DNA of 64,000 nucleotides from a virus, in IMG/VR virus record IMGVR_UViG_3300045988_174992. One strand, 5' to 3'. Positions within the stretch are counted from its first letter, which is position 1. Each line of letters begins with the position of its first letter. Under the pieces are notes generated by a model. The model did not search any database, was not told the DNA's origin, and saw only the letters and a program-made list of their open reading frames with translations. Shown in pieces: positions 47,916-56,843 of the stretch. The translations under genes and the position numbers were made by a program.

Positions 47916-48644
47916 ATGAAAAATTTAAGTCAGTATCTGAATGAAGCATTGATTATGGAACTTAGTTCTGAATTATTAGGTCGTGCTTCAAAGGCTGCTA
48001 GAGAGAAAGGCAGAAATGCACAAGCAAACAAATTTGCTGTTGCCGCTGGTAAAGCCCTTGAAAAGGAGCTTAAAGGTTGGAAACCTGGTCCTGATGCAAA
48101 AAACTGTGGTAAAGTAGTTGCTACTATTAAAGATATGACTTCTAGTAATAGTGCTGTCAAAGCTTTAGCTAAGGCAGATCCTGCATCTAGCACACATACA
48201 ATCAAATTCCCTGTATTAAAACAAATTACAAGTGGTAGTGATGATGGGGCTTTTAAATTTATAAGATGGGAAGATGTCAAAGTTCCTAAGGCAAAATTCT
48301 ACATCTATAAAGATGAATATCATCAGTGTTTGCATATTGGTACACTATCAGACTTGCTTGGTCTTTTAGGTTCTGCTTATTTTGACTACGAAGATTTTGA
48401 TGCTAGCTATATAGTTAAATCATTTGACAATATTAAAGATGCAGTAAAATATGCTAGAAAAAGCGGTGAGAAGTTCTATGATAGTGATGAATTCATGGAT
48501 GGCGTAATGAATGGTGAATATACAGATGATGATCTTTATTGGGATGGCCCAGGTAGTAGTATTATTGATATAATGCTTGATTGGACAGATATTTTAAACT
48601 TACCTGATGATTGGCAAGCTAAAGAGGACTCTTCTTATGATTAA
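47916..48644 (+). CDS. hypothetical protein with CTS-like N-terminus
   Basis: MKNLSQYLNEAL... Confidence 0.6.
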   Translation: MKNLSQYLNEALIMELSSELLGRASKAAREKGRNAQANKFAVAAGKALEKELKGWKPGPDAKNCGKVVATIKDMTSSNSAVKALAKADPASSTHTIKFPVLKQITSGSDDGAFKFIRWEDVKVPKAKFYIYKDEYHQCLHIGTLSDLLGLLGSAYFDYEDFDASYIVKSFDNIKDAVKYARKSGEKFYDSDEFMDGVMNGEYTDDDLYWDGPGSSIIDIMLDWTDILNLPDDWQAKEDSSYD

Positions 48645-48650
48645 ATACAA

Positions 48651-48678
48651 AAAATGGAATCCTATAGGATTCCATTTT
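48651..48678. terminator. bidirectional intrinsic terminator
   Basis: Stem aaaatggaatcct/aggattccatttt. Overlaps the last codons of the reverse gene. Confidence 0.65.
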
Positions 48679-49558
48679 GCTTATCTAAATATTTGTTTAT
48701 GTTTCTTTCTAATTTATAAGGTTCTATCATCTTATAAATATCTTCTTTAGTCCAATATTCCATTTTGAAATCTCCAGAATCTATTATTTCTTTCCATCCT
48801 TTTCTATAACTATTTATCATTAATCTAGCTTCTAGAATTTTTACTTCTTCTGGATATTTGTAATGTTCTGAATGAATTCCTTCCCATAAAGTTTCTGCAG
48901 AGTTGAAATGGCTTCTATCACCATCATCAAAAACCATATTTACTATTTCATCAACATTCGTTGTAATGAATTTGTTTGATATTACTTCAAATGTATCAAC
49001 ATTAAATATTGTCTGATATAATCCTGTTGGAACAAATCTGAATGAACCCATTTGATTCTTTGACAAATCCACTCCATTCAATCTCTCTTTTGTATGGTTC
49101 AATATAGTATTTGCCCACATAATCTTTACCCCAACTTTATACTTTGATTCATCTTTTCTATAATCAGGACAGTAATATCTAAATTCAGTGTATTCTTTAT
49201 CTTTCATCATCATGAAGTCAACTGCGGCAAACTTTAGCTTATCATCATCCAATGGGTCTTTATAAGGATACAATATAGATACAATGAAATAAGATTTGCT
49301 TGTAACACTTTCTGTATAAGAGAATACTTTGCTTATCATTGCTTCCAACTCTTCTATAGTATCAGTTTTTATAGCAATATCTATATCTCCATTGTATTCA
49401 CCATCTTTCTTCTTACCTATTGATCCAATGCAACAATATTCCATATCGGGATAATTATCCAACAATTCTTTTATAACTAATTGTTGCAATAATGGGGCAA
49501 CTTCTGATTTGATTGGGGTTGCCCTATATTTTCCTTGTTGAAATAGATTTCCACTCAT
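48662..49558 (-). CDS. Pol-beta-superfamily nucleotidyltransferase
   Basis: CIGSIGKKKDGEYNGDIDIAIK fits hG[GS]-x10-12-D.D. A third acidic residue lies in AAVDFMM. Confidence 0.55.
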   Translation of the reverse strand: MSGNLFQQGKYRATPIKSEVAPLLQQLVIKELLDNYPDMEYCCIGSIGKKKDGEYNGDIDIAIKTDTIEELEAMISKVFSYTESVTSKSYFIVSILYPYKDPLDDDKLKFAAVDFMMMKDKEYTEFRYYCPDYRKDESKYKVGVKIMWANTILNHTKERLNGVDLSKNQMGSFRFVPTGLYQTIFNVDTFEVISNKFITTNVDEIVNMVFDDGDRSHFNSAETLWEGIHSEHYKYPEEVKILEARLMINSYRKGWKEIIDSGDFKMEYWTKEDIYKMIEPYKLERNINKYLDKQNGIL

Positions 49559-49617
49559 TTAATTAATTTTCTTTTATAAGAAAATAGAAAAACAAACAGT
49601 GGATTTAATTATTAAAA

Positions 49618-49632
49618 TTGTATTTTTAAATA
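49618..49632 (+). promoter_or_regulatory. TTGTATTTTTAAATA box (late-type promoter candidate)
   Basis: Ends 21 nt before the portal ATG. Variant of GCAATTTTTAWATA. Confidence 0.35.
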
Positions 49633-49653
49633 AGCAATAGAAATGTAATATAC

Positions 49654-51438
49654 ATGATATTTGGTAACTTAAGTAACGTATTAGAAGGAAATAAGACTAT
49701 ATATGAACAAGCTAATGATATGATGCCTATACAACAAACCCAAATGCAGATAAAAGAACCTGGTCATCTTGCAAAAATTCTGTATAAGCTCAGTCATTAT
49801 GGTATGAACTGGACTTCTGATGTTGTAAAGAACATGAAAGCAGTACCAGCAGACAAGTTGATGCAACCAAAGGATATTGGTGTAATGACTTCAAACTTGT
49901 ATGCTGGTATAATGGATAACTGGAAACAGAAACCAGAAGAAGACAAGCCATTTAGAGAAAAGACTCTTGAACAGAAGAGAGATGTTTTGAGAAAGATGGC
50001 TATGAATCCAGAAATCGAAGATATATTGGATATCATGGCTAATGAATGTATAGTTTATGATGATAATGATGTTTATATTGGAGAACCTTACATTGAACCA
50101 AGTGTACTGCAACAGTTGAATGAGAATCATATAGAAGAGATAAAGAATTGTGTAGATACGAGTTTCTATAAGATATACATGCTTCTTGATTGGAAAAACA
50201 AAGCTTGGGATCAATTCAAAAGATGGTTGATAGATGGAGTAATAGCTTATGAAATTGTATATGACAACATTGAGAATCCACATACAATCATTGGTATTAT
50301 CCCTATAGATCCAGCTACTATTACTCGTGTTATTGATAATGGTATACAATACTGGGTACAGTTTAAAGATGTGATTGGACAAGAACGTATCATGCTTGAT
50401 TCACAAGTAATATATATCAAATATGAAGATAGTGGAGTAATAGACAGACAATCATATCTTGAACGTCTGATTCGTCCATTCAACATATATAGAATCATAG
50501 AACAAGCACAACTTATCTGGACTGTAACTCAAGCAAGCTTCAAGACAATGTTCACCATACCTGTAGCTGGGATGAACAGAGCAAAAGGTATGCAAACTCT
50601 GAACTCTGCTATGGCCAGATATAAAGAAGATATAGACTTCAATACAGAAACTGGTGAACTTAAAGTAAATGGTAGAACTAATCTTCCATTCAATAAAGAA
50701 TATTGGATGCCAGAAAATGAGAATGGAAAACCAGAGATAGAGACACTTGTTGACCAAGGCCCAAGCCTTAATGATAGTGAACAACTTAAGTACTATCTTT
50801 CTAAGCTATATAAGATGTCTAAGATACCAGAAAGCAGATTTGATAAAGAAAATGCTGCTGCTTGGTTTGGAACTGATCCAACTCAAACCCTTCGTGATGA
50901 AATAAATTTTGGTAGATTTGTTGATAGACTTAGAAATGTATTTTCCATGGTAATCATCAAACCTATTCAAATACAAGTTGCTCTTTCAATTCCAGAAATG
51001 AAGAATGACAAGAGAGTATTGGATGCTATCATATTCAGATATAATTCATATAATCAGTTTACTGAGATGATGGATCTTGAAGTTACCAACAAACGTCTTG
51101 AAACAATTGGTATGCTTAAAGATACATTTACTACAACTGATGCTGAAGGAAATGAAGACAGCTATTTCTCTATGAAATTCTTACTTGAAAGATATCTGAA
51201 GATGTCTGATGCTGATTTTGAATATAACCAAAAATGCAAATGGTTAGAGAAGCAAGAAAAGGGTGATGCTGAATCAGAAGAAGAGGAAAATGGTGAAGAA
51301 GAAATGGGTGGAATAGATTCTGGTTCGGAAGATGCAGGAATGGAAGATGATGGATCTGGGGATGCTGGAGGAGATTCAGAAATGATGGGTGATGTACAAC
51401 CTGACAATTCAGCTGAAGGTGGATCAGGAGAAATGTAA
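49654..51438 (+). CDS. portal protein, T4 gp20-like
   Basis: Collinear with my recollection of T4 gp20: [13 protein letters not shown] / [29 protein letters not shown] / [55 protein letters not shown] / [47 protein letters not shown] / DYWLQRRDGK. Acidic C-tail. Confidence 0.75.
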   Translation: [594 protein letters not shown]

Positions 51439-51456
51439 AATAAAATAGAATAAAAA

Positions 51457-51564
51457 ATGAAGTCATTATTAGAATTTATTACAGATAGAGAAAATATTCC
51501 TAAAAGAGATAAAGATATACCTAAAATAGATAAAGAAATAGATAATTTATCAGATGAAGCTTAG
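51457..51564 (+). CDS. 35-aa micro-ORF with T4 capsid-targeting-sequence-like N-terminus
   Basis: MKSLLEFITDRENIPKRDKDIPKIDKEIDNLSDEA, compare T4 CTS MKTYQEFIAE. Directly follows the portal gene, where T4 has small core genes 67/68. Overlaps the next start by 11 nt. Confidence 0.35.
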   Translation: MKSLLEFITDRENIPKRDKDIPKIDKEIDNLSDEA

Positions 51565-52243
51565 TAATTGTGAAATAAGACCAGGAGTTGTAGTTACTGC
51601 TGATGATCCAAAGAAAATGGGTCGTATAAAAGCTGTAGTTCCTGGTTGGTTCAATAATGCCTCTATGCATGAAGAAGATATGTTTTGGATTGCTCCATTT
51701 ACTAGTGGATCAGGATATCAACGTGTCTCTAAATGCATAGAGGGACAAAAAGTATGGATATTGCATGATTCCACAAATGAATATGAATATTATTATGTCA
51801 CAATGTGGGAAACAAACATCAATACTACTGCCGCTCAACAGGATTTTGATTATGATGTATTAGTGTCAAGATCTGGTAAAAGTGTTGGTGCTCAGATGTT
51901 CTATACTGGTAATCAAGGATTTGTAACAAGAATAGGAGAACATGCTCAAACGCAGATAAATCAAGCTGGTGATATAGAAAACAAATCTAATGGTACTGAA
52001 ATATCTATAAGAGGATCAAAAGCATTTGTTGGATTGTCAGAAAAATGTGAAGATCCAATAGTTAGAGGAAATAAATTATATAAGTTATTATCTGATTTGA
52101 AGGCTGGATTAGATGAATTGAATAATGCGGCTAATGGAAATCCTTATACAATAAATTTATGTCCAGCAATACTTAAATGTTCTAAAGCTATATCAGATAC
52201 CATAGATGAAATGAATTCAAAAACATCATTTGTAAGTGAATAA
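51554..52243 (+). CDS. hypothetical protein, N-terminus resembles gpV/gp5 OB-fold spike proteins
   Basis: IRPGVVVTADDPKKMGRIKAVVPGW....MFWIAPF......IEGQKVWILHD fits G.V...D....GR.kV..p....s.W..p.....P..G..V.v. No gp21 protease motifs seen. Confidence 0.3.
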   Translation: MKLSNCEIRPGVVVTADDPKKMGRIKAVVPGWFNNASMHEEDMFWIAPFTSGSGYQRVSKCIEGQKVWILHDSTNEYEYYYVTMWETNINTTAAQQDFDYDVLVSRSGKSVGAQMFYTGNQGFVTRIGEHAQTQINQAGDIENKSNGTEISIRGSKAFVGLSEKCEDPIVRGNKLYKLLSDLKAGLDELNNAANGNPYTINLCPAILKCSKAISDTIDEMNSKTSFVSE

Positions 52244-52246
52244 TAT

Positions 52247-53191
52247 ATGGGTGCAATACCAGGACAAATGCAAGCAAAATGCATTGATTATGGACAGAAT
52301 TTCTTAACAGGACAAGCAACTTCAGTTATTGCTGCTACTGGTATTGATATAGAAGCTGGCAATTTGAAACAGTTGGCAGATGCTGTACAAGACAAGACTA
52401 TGTCTATGGTTTCTGACTTGAAGAATACAGCTACTAAAGAAGTAACTAAAATTGGAAGTCAGATAGGTGGCATGGCTGGTAGCTTAGTTGGTGCTGGATT
52501 ATCTGCTATGCAAGGAGCTTTTCAAACAGCAGATGTTGCTAAGCAAGCGGTTGGAGAACTTACAACGTATGGGGTTCAACTTACTGCTAAAATCGGTACT
52601 AATATAGCAAGTATGATTGCTGCATTTCCTGCACAAGTTACCAAGAAAGCTACTGCTATAGCTGCAGAACAATGTAAAGAAGAACTTCAACAACGATTGA
52701 AAGAAGTGATGGGTACACCAGCAGAAGAGCATGCACAAAAGGAAGCAGAAAAGGAAAAAGAAAACAAAACAAAGAAAGCAATAACTTGGTGTAAGAAAGC
52801 TGTAAAAGATGTCAATGAATTCAAAGATAAGACACTGTCATCTATTCAGAAAGATTGTGAAGATATATCTGCTTTGATGATACAAGGTCCAGGTTGGGTA
52901 AACAATCAGATGAGTGGTGCTATTGATAGTGCTAAAACATATATGTCTGATTATGCCGATGGCAAAATGAAAGATATTCAGAATCATTATGATGAAGCTG
53001 TGAATAATTCTGCTTACGCCGCAGCTACAACAATGAAGAAAAAACTTATAGATCCAACATTAGAAAAAGCTAAAGAACAATTTAATGATCTTGGAACATC
53101 AACAAATAAGACAAAGCAAAAAGCTAAGACAGCTGTTCAAAAACAGTTGTTCAAGCTTGCAGGAAAATTAGGAATATCACCAAATGGCTAA
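52247..53191 (+). CDS. Ala/Gln/Lys-rich coiled-coil protein (scaffold-, internal- or small-terminase-like; unassigned)
   Basis: 314 aa. Translationally coupled to terL through an ATGGCTAA overlap. Confidence 0.5.
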   Translation: MGAIPGQMQAKCIDYGQNFLTGQATSVIAATGIDIEAGNLKQLADAVQDKTMSMVSDLKNTATKEVTKIGSQIGGMAGSLVGAGLSAMQGAFQTADVAKQAVGELTTYGVQLTAKIGTNIASMIAAFPAQVTKKATAIAAEQCKEELQQRLKEVMGTPAEEHAQKEAEKEKENKTKKAITWCKKAVKDVNEFKDKTLSSIQKDCEDISALMIQGPGWVNNQMSGAIDSAKTYMSDYADGKMKDIQNHYDEAVNNSAYAAATTMKKKLIDPTLEKAKEQFNDLGTSTNKTKQKAKTAVQKQLFKLAGKLGISPNG

Positions 53192-55985
53192 AGAATTTGA
53201 ATTTGACCCAGTAAAGAGAGATAAAGGAGGAAAAGAGGCAGAAGCGGTCATCTGGAGCTGCTCAGTACTTGAAAAGGCTGTAGATGCCATGAAGAAGGGT
53301 TTGCCATTGAAAGCAAACCCTTTTATTGGTAAGAATACTAAGTTATTGAAGCCAGATCTGGTCTTCAAGCGTACACAAGAAGAGATAGAAGACTATATGC
53401 ATTGTATGGAAGATCCATTGTACTTTGCTACTAAATGCTATCTTATGACTCCAACTGGTTTGCAACCAGTAATACTTCGTGACTATCAGGAAGATTATAT
53501 GAGGCATCTTCAGAAAAACAGATTCAGTTTGTTCTTGAGTTGCAGACAAAGTGGTAAAACATTTTTAGAAAATACAAATGTGAAATTTTTGTTTACTAAT
53601 TCATTCATAAACAATTATAGCATTAAGTTTGGTAAACAAAAATTTACATATCTCTTTAAGAATTTCAAATATGTAAAAAGTGGATCTGATTATTTGTTTG
53701 AATTGCCTTTTTATGAGTTTCAAAACTTGTTTGATGATACTGTTTACTGGAAACTGAAATACAATCTATATAAGAAAAAGAAATATCATGCAGTAGAAGT
53801 TGTCGACTGGTTAGAATACAATTTTTTATTCCACAAGAAACTTCTTGACAATTACAAAACAACTAAAGAAATAGATATTTCCAATTATGGAATAAAAGTA
53901 TTGACAGATGTTGGATATCAACCAATATCATACATTTACAATACTAAACCATTTGCAATATATAAAGTAATCCTTGAAAATGGATATTCTATAGAATGTG
54001 CAGACAAGCACATGTTGTTTGATGATAATTTGAATATAGTATATGCTGATGAACTTGTTGAAAGTGTTTCTAAAATAATGACAGATAAAGGACCATCTGT
54101 AGTAAAGTCTGTTTCAATATCCAAAGTAAAAGTATCTATGTGTGATGTTTCTGTGGATCATCCTTATCACAGATATTATACTAATGGAATATTAAGTCAC
54201 AACTCAACAACAACAGCTATATTCTGCCTTTGGTCGGTATTGTTCAGAAATGATAGAAATGCGTTGATACTTTCTAAATCTGGTCCAGCTGGACAAGATT
54301 TGATAAAGAAGATAAAAGATATGTACTTGTATCTTCCTTATCATTTGAAGCTTGGTACTTTGAAGTGGAATCAATCAGAAATAGCTTTTGACAACAACTC
54401 TACAATATCTACTGAAGCTTTCTCTCCTACTGCCGGTCTTGGTAAGACAATAAACTTCTTGATACTTGATGAGTTTGCTTGGTGCCCACCTAATGATGTA
54501 GAATTATTCTACAACAACATTCTTCCTACTGTTACTGCAGATACAAGCTCTAATATATGTATCATGTCAACACAGAACGGATTCAATTTGTTCTATAAGC
54601 TATGGCATGCCGCAGAAACAGGAAAGTCTATGTATGCTCCATTTAAAGTAGATTGGTGGCAAGTTCCTCAATGGGATCCAGAAAATCATATTTGGAAGAA
54701 GAGAGATAATGCTTGGAAAACTATGATGGTTGGTGTCTTAGGTTCTGAAGAAGCTTTCTACTACCAATACGGTACTCAATTCTCTGCATCAGATAAATGT
54801 CTTGTATCAAGAGAATGCTTAGGTAAGATAAGAGATTTGACTTATCTGTTTGAGACACCTACAGATGATAGTTGGTATTTCAGCTTACATAAGACAGAAC
54901 TTAAGTTCAAGAAAGATTATGACTTGCATTGGTTGAAGATAGGATGGTTCATCATATTGGTTGACTTAGCAGAAGGTGGTGGCAATGACTTTACAACGTT
55001 CAATATAATAGAAGTAATAGGAAAAGACAAGTTTGAACAAGTAGGATATTGGCATTGCAACACCATAGATTTGGAACAAGCTAGCTTAGAGTTTTGGGTA
55101 TTGTATGGACAGCTATTCAATCCTAATAAGACTATAGTGTCAGTAGAATGGAATACTTATGGGGCTTTATTCTACAACTATCTTAAGAATTTGAATGAAC
55201 CTGAATATATGCCAGAAGCAAGTTGGAGATGGCAAGTAAACCCATTAGGAGAATTTGACTTGGCTAACTTGATAAGATATAAGAAAGGCAGTCAAGAAGA
55301 CAATATTGCTAACTTGAATGGATTCAAAAACAGCAAGACAATTCCTGGAATCAGATTAAGCCATGCTACTAAGATATCTGCATGTGCATTGCTTAAGATG
55401 ATGTTAGAGAAGTTTGATGTCATAATAACAGATTTGCTTACCGTTTCAGAGCTTGAGAATTTTGAAGATAAGAATGGAAATGGCAGCTATGCCGCGGCAT
55501 ACGGACATGATGATTTGATAATGACTTTTGTACAACTTCCACTTCTTAAGAACACTACAAAATATAAAGATTTCATAGAAGAATGGGAGATAGAAATGAA
55601 AGCTACAGGTCAATGGGAACAAATAGAAAAAGAAGAGTCAGAAATGAAGAAACTAGATATGCTTAAGAAGATAGCAGATATGATGGCCAATGTATTGCAG
55701 AAAAGAAAAGAAGAGAAACAAGTAACTGTATCATTGAACAACAGAAATCTACCTACTGCTACTGCTGTAAATTCTTCTGATATATATAGAGAAGCACAAA
55801 GTAATGCAAGTACCAGTATACCTAACATGTATACAATGTACAATACAAGTATGCAACAAGGATTACCATCTATGAATGACTTTTATGGGTCACCTAATGG
55901 ATATGGAAATGAACCAAGCATATATGATATGCCAGGACAATACAACCAAGATCCATTGAGAGCTAGATTCAGACAATTCAACTAA
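53184..55985 (+). CDS. terL: terminase large subunit, T4 gp17-like, interrupted by Hint/intein-like insertion
   Basis: DYQEDYM..LSCRQSGK|..|STTTAIFCLW (T4: RDYQRDML..LSRQLGKTTVVAIFLAH); WNQSEIAFDNNSTI..LILDEFAW (T4: WNKGSIELDNGSSI..IYIDECAF); STQNGFNLFYKLW; YGHDDLIMTFV (T4: GYHDDLVMSLV). Confidence 0.9.
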   Translation: MAKEFEFDPVKRDKGGKEAEAVIWSCSVLEKAVDAMKKGLPLKANPFIGKNTKLLKPDLVFKRTQEEIEDYMHCMEDPLYFATKCYLMTPTGLQPVILRDYQEDYMRHLQKNRFSLFLSCRQSGKTFLENTNVKFLFTNSFINNYSIKFGKQKFTYLFKNFKYVKSGSDYLFELPFYEFQNLFDDTVYWKLKYNLYKKKKYHAVEVVDWLEYNFLFHKKLLDNYKTTKEIDISNYGIKVLTDVGYQPISYIYNTKPFAIYKVILENGYSIECADKHMLFDDNLNIVYADELVESVSKIMTDKGPSVVKSVSISKVKVSMCDVSVDHPYHRYYTNGILSHNSTTTAIFCLWSVLFRNDRNALILSKSGPAGQDLIKKIKDMYLYLPYHLKLGTLKWNQSEIAFDNNSTISTEAFSPTAGLGKTINFLILDEFAWCPPNDVELFYNNILPTVTADTSSNICIMSTQNGFNLFYKLWHAAETGKSMYAPFKVDWWQVPQWDPENHIWKKRDNAWKTMMVGVLGSEEAFYYQYGTQFSASDKCLVSRECLGKIRDLTYLFETPTDDSWYFSLHKTELKFKKDYDLHWLKIGWFIILVDLAEGGGNDFTTFNIIEVIGKDKFEQVGYWHCNTIDLEQASLEFWVLYGQLFNPNKTIVSVEWNTYGALFYNYLKNLNEPEYMPEASWRWQVNPLGEFDLANLIRYKKGSQEDNIANLNGFKNSKTIPGIRLSHATKISACALLKMMLEKFDVIITDLLTVSELENFEDKNGNGSYAAAYGHDDLIMTFVQLPLLKNTTKYKDFIEEWEIEMKATGQWEQIEKEESEMKKLDMLKKIADMMANVLQKRKEEKQVTVSLNNRNLPTATAVNSSDIYREAQSNASTSIPNMYTMYNTSMQQGLPSMNDFYGSPNGYGNEPSIYDMPGQYNQDPLRARFRQFN
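53559..54203 (+). mobile_element. intein-like (Hint domain) insertion in the terL Walker A loop, 215 aa
   Basis: Lies between GK and STTT. Starts TFLENTNV (block A CLxxDTxV with Thr in place of Cys). Block B-like AIYKVILENGYSIECADKHMLF, block F-like MCDVSVDHPYHRYY, block G NGILSHN followed by +1 Ser. Confidence 0.7.
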
Positions 55986-55993
55986 TTAAAACA

Positions 55994-56085
55994 TTCACCA
56001 GGATGGCGGATAATTCAATCACCTGATAAATTATACTTATTAGCAATTATCCGCTCCCTGCGCATCCCAGCCGCCATCCTGGTGA
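55994..56085. terminator. long bidirectional hairpin between terL and 56040-56483
   Basis: caccaggatggcggataatt pairs with aattatccgc[17-nt bulge]cgccatcctggtg. Confidence 0.6.
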
Positions 56086-56483
56086 TTGCTTTGCTTATTC
56101 ATTACATCTAATATCTTATTGTATTCTTCATCTGTAACATTTATGATAATATCATCATTTGTTCCAAATTTTCCATCAGAACCAGGAAGTTTATGTTCAT
56201 ATTTTTCTGACCACACTTTTGTCAAACCAACAGAAGTGAAAACAGCTGCTACTGCTGTTATATAAGCTGCCATTGCTGTCAAATCCGTAGTTATGGTATG
56301 ATTATACCAAGCTTCTATAGTAAGAGAGAATATTGGTACAGCAAGCAGTAAAGTACCAATGAATGTAACAACAACTAAAAAGAAACTTTTGCTGCTATAT
56401 CCTGAATTTTGCTGAACAAGCTTACTGAAGAAATTTCCTTTTACTATTTTCTTTATATATACGGTCATTTTAGAAAAGTCCAT
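56040..56483 (-). CDS. two-TM membrane protein
   Basis: TM segments FFLVVVTFIGTLLLAVPIFSL and AMAAYITAVAAVFTSVGL. The last 15 codons are supplied by GC-rich element E3. Confidence 0.55.
   Translation of the reverse strand: MDFSKMTVYIKKIVKGNFFSKLVQQNSGYSSKSFFLVVVTFIGTLLLAVPIFSLTIEAWYNHTITTDLTAMAAYITAVAAVFTSVGLTKVWSEKYEHKLPGSDGKFGTNDDIIINVTDEEYNKILDVMNKQSNHQDGGWDAQGADNC
56045..56087 (-). repeat. GC-rich 3'-end element, copy E3
   Basis: rc reads AATCACCAGGATGGCGGCTGGGATGCGCAGGGAGCGGATAATTG. Confidence 0.6.
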
Positions 56484-56565
56484 AGTTTAAGTTAAAATAT
56501 CTATCTGTATAAAAATCTTCAGAATATACAAAAAATGACAGAACTTAATGTCCTGTCAGCATCAA

Positions 56566-56588
56566 CCAAAGGAGCAATTCTCCTTTGG
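56566..56588 (-). terminator. stem-loop after micro-ORF array
   Basis: 9-bp stem ccaaaggag/ctcctttgg with a 5-nt loop. Confidence 0.45.
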
Positions 56589-56615
56589 CATTTTGGATCT
56601 TAAATGTCTAATAAT

Positions 56616-56726
56616 TTACTTTGTTGCCCACAAAGGTATAGATCCAGTGCAGTTCATCAAACCAAGTTCTGCAGATACCTTCATGTTTCTCTTGATGGCA
56701 TTTAGAATTTTCTTCATGGTTTTCAT
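56616..56726 (-). CDS. micro-ORF s1 (36 aa)
   Basis: MKTMKKILNAIKRNMKVSAELGLMNCTGSIPLWATK. Shares a 26-nt start region with s2. Confidence 0.35.
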   Translation of the reverse strand: MKTMKKILNAIKRNMKVSAELGLMNCTGSIPLWATK

Positions 56727-56739
56727 TTCCTTTAATTGA

Positions 56740-56838
56740 TTAAATTGATCTTGACATAGTCATTGCTTCACCATACATAGCCATAGCTTCCTTGTATGAA
56801 TCCCAAAATTTCTTAATTAACTTCTTCATAGTTTTCAT
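56740..56838 (-). CDS. micro-ORF s2 (32 aa)
   Basis: MKTMKKLIKKFWDSYKEAMAMYGEAMTMSRSI. Confidence 0.35.
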   Translation of the reverse strand: MKTMKKLIKKFWDSYKEAMAMYGEAMTMSRSI

Positions 56839-56843
56839 TTCTT

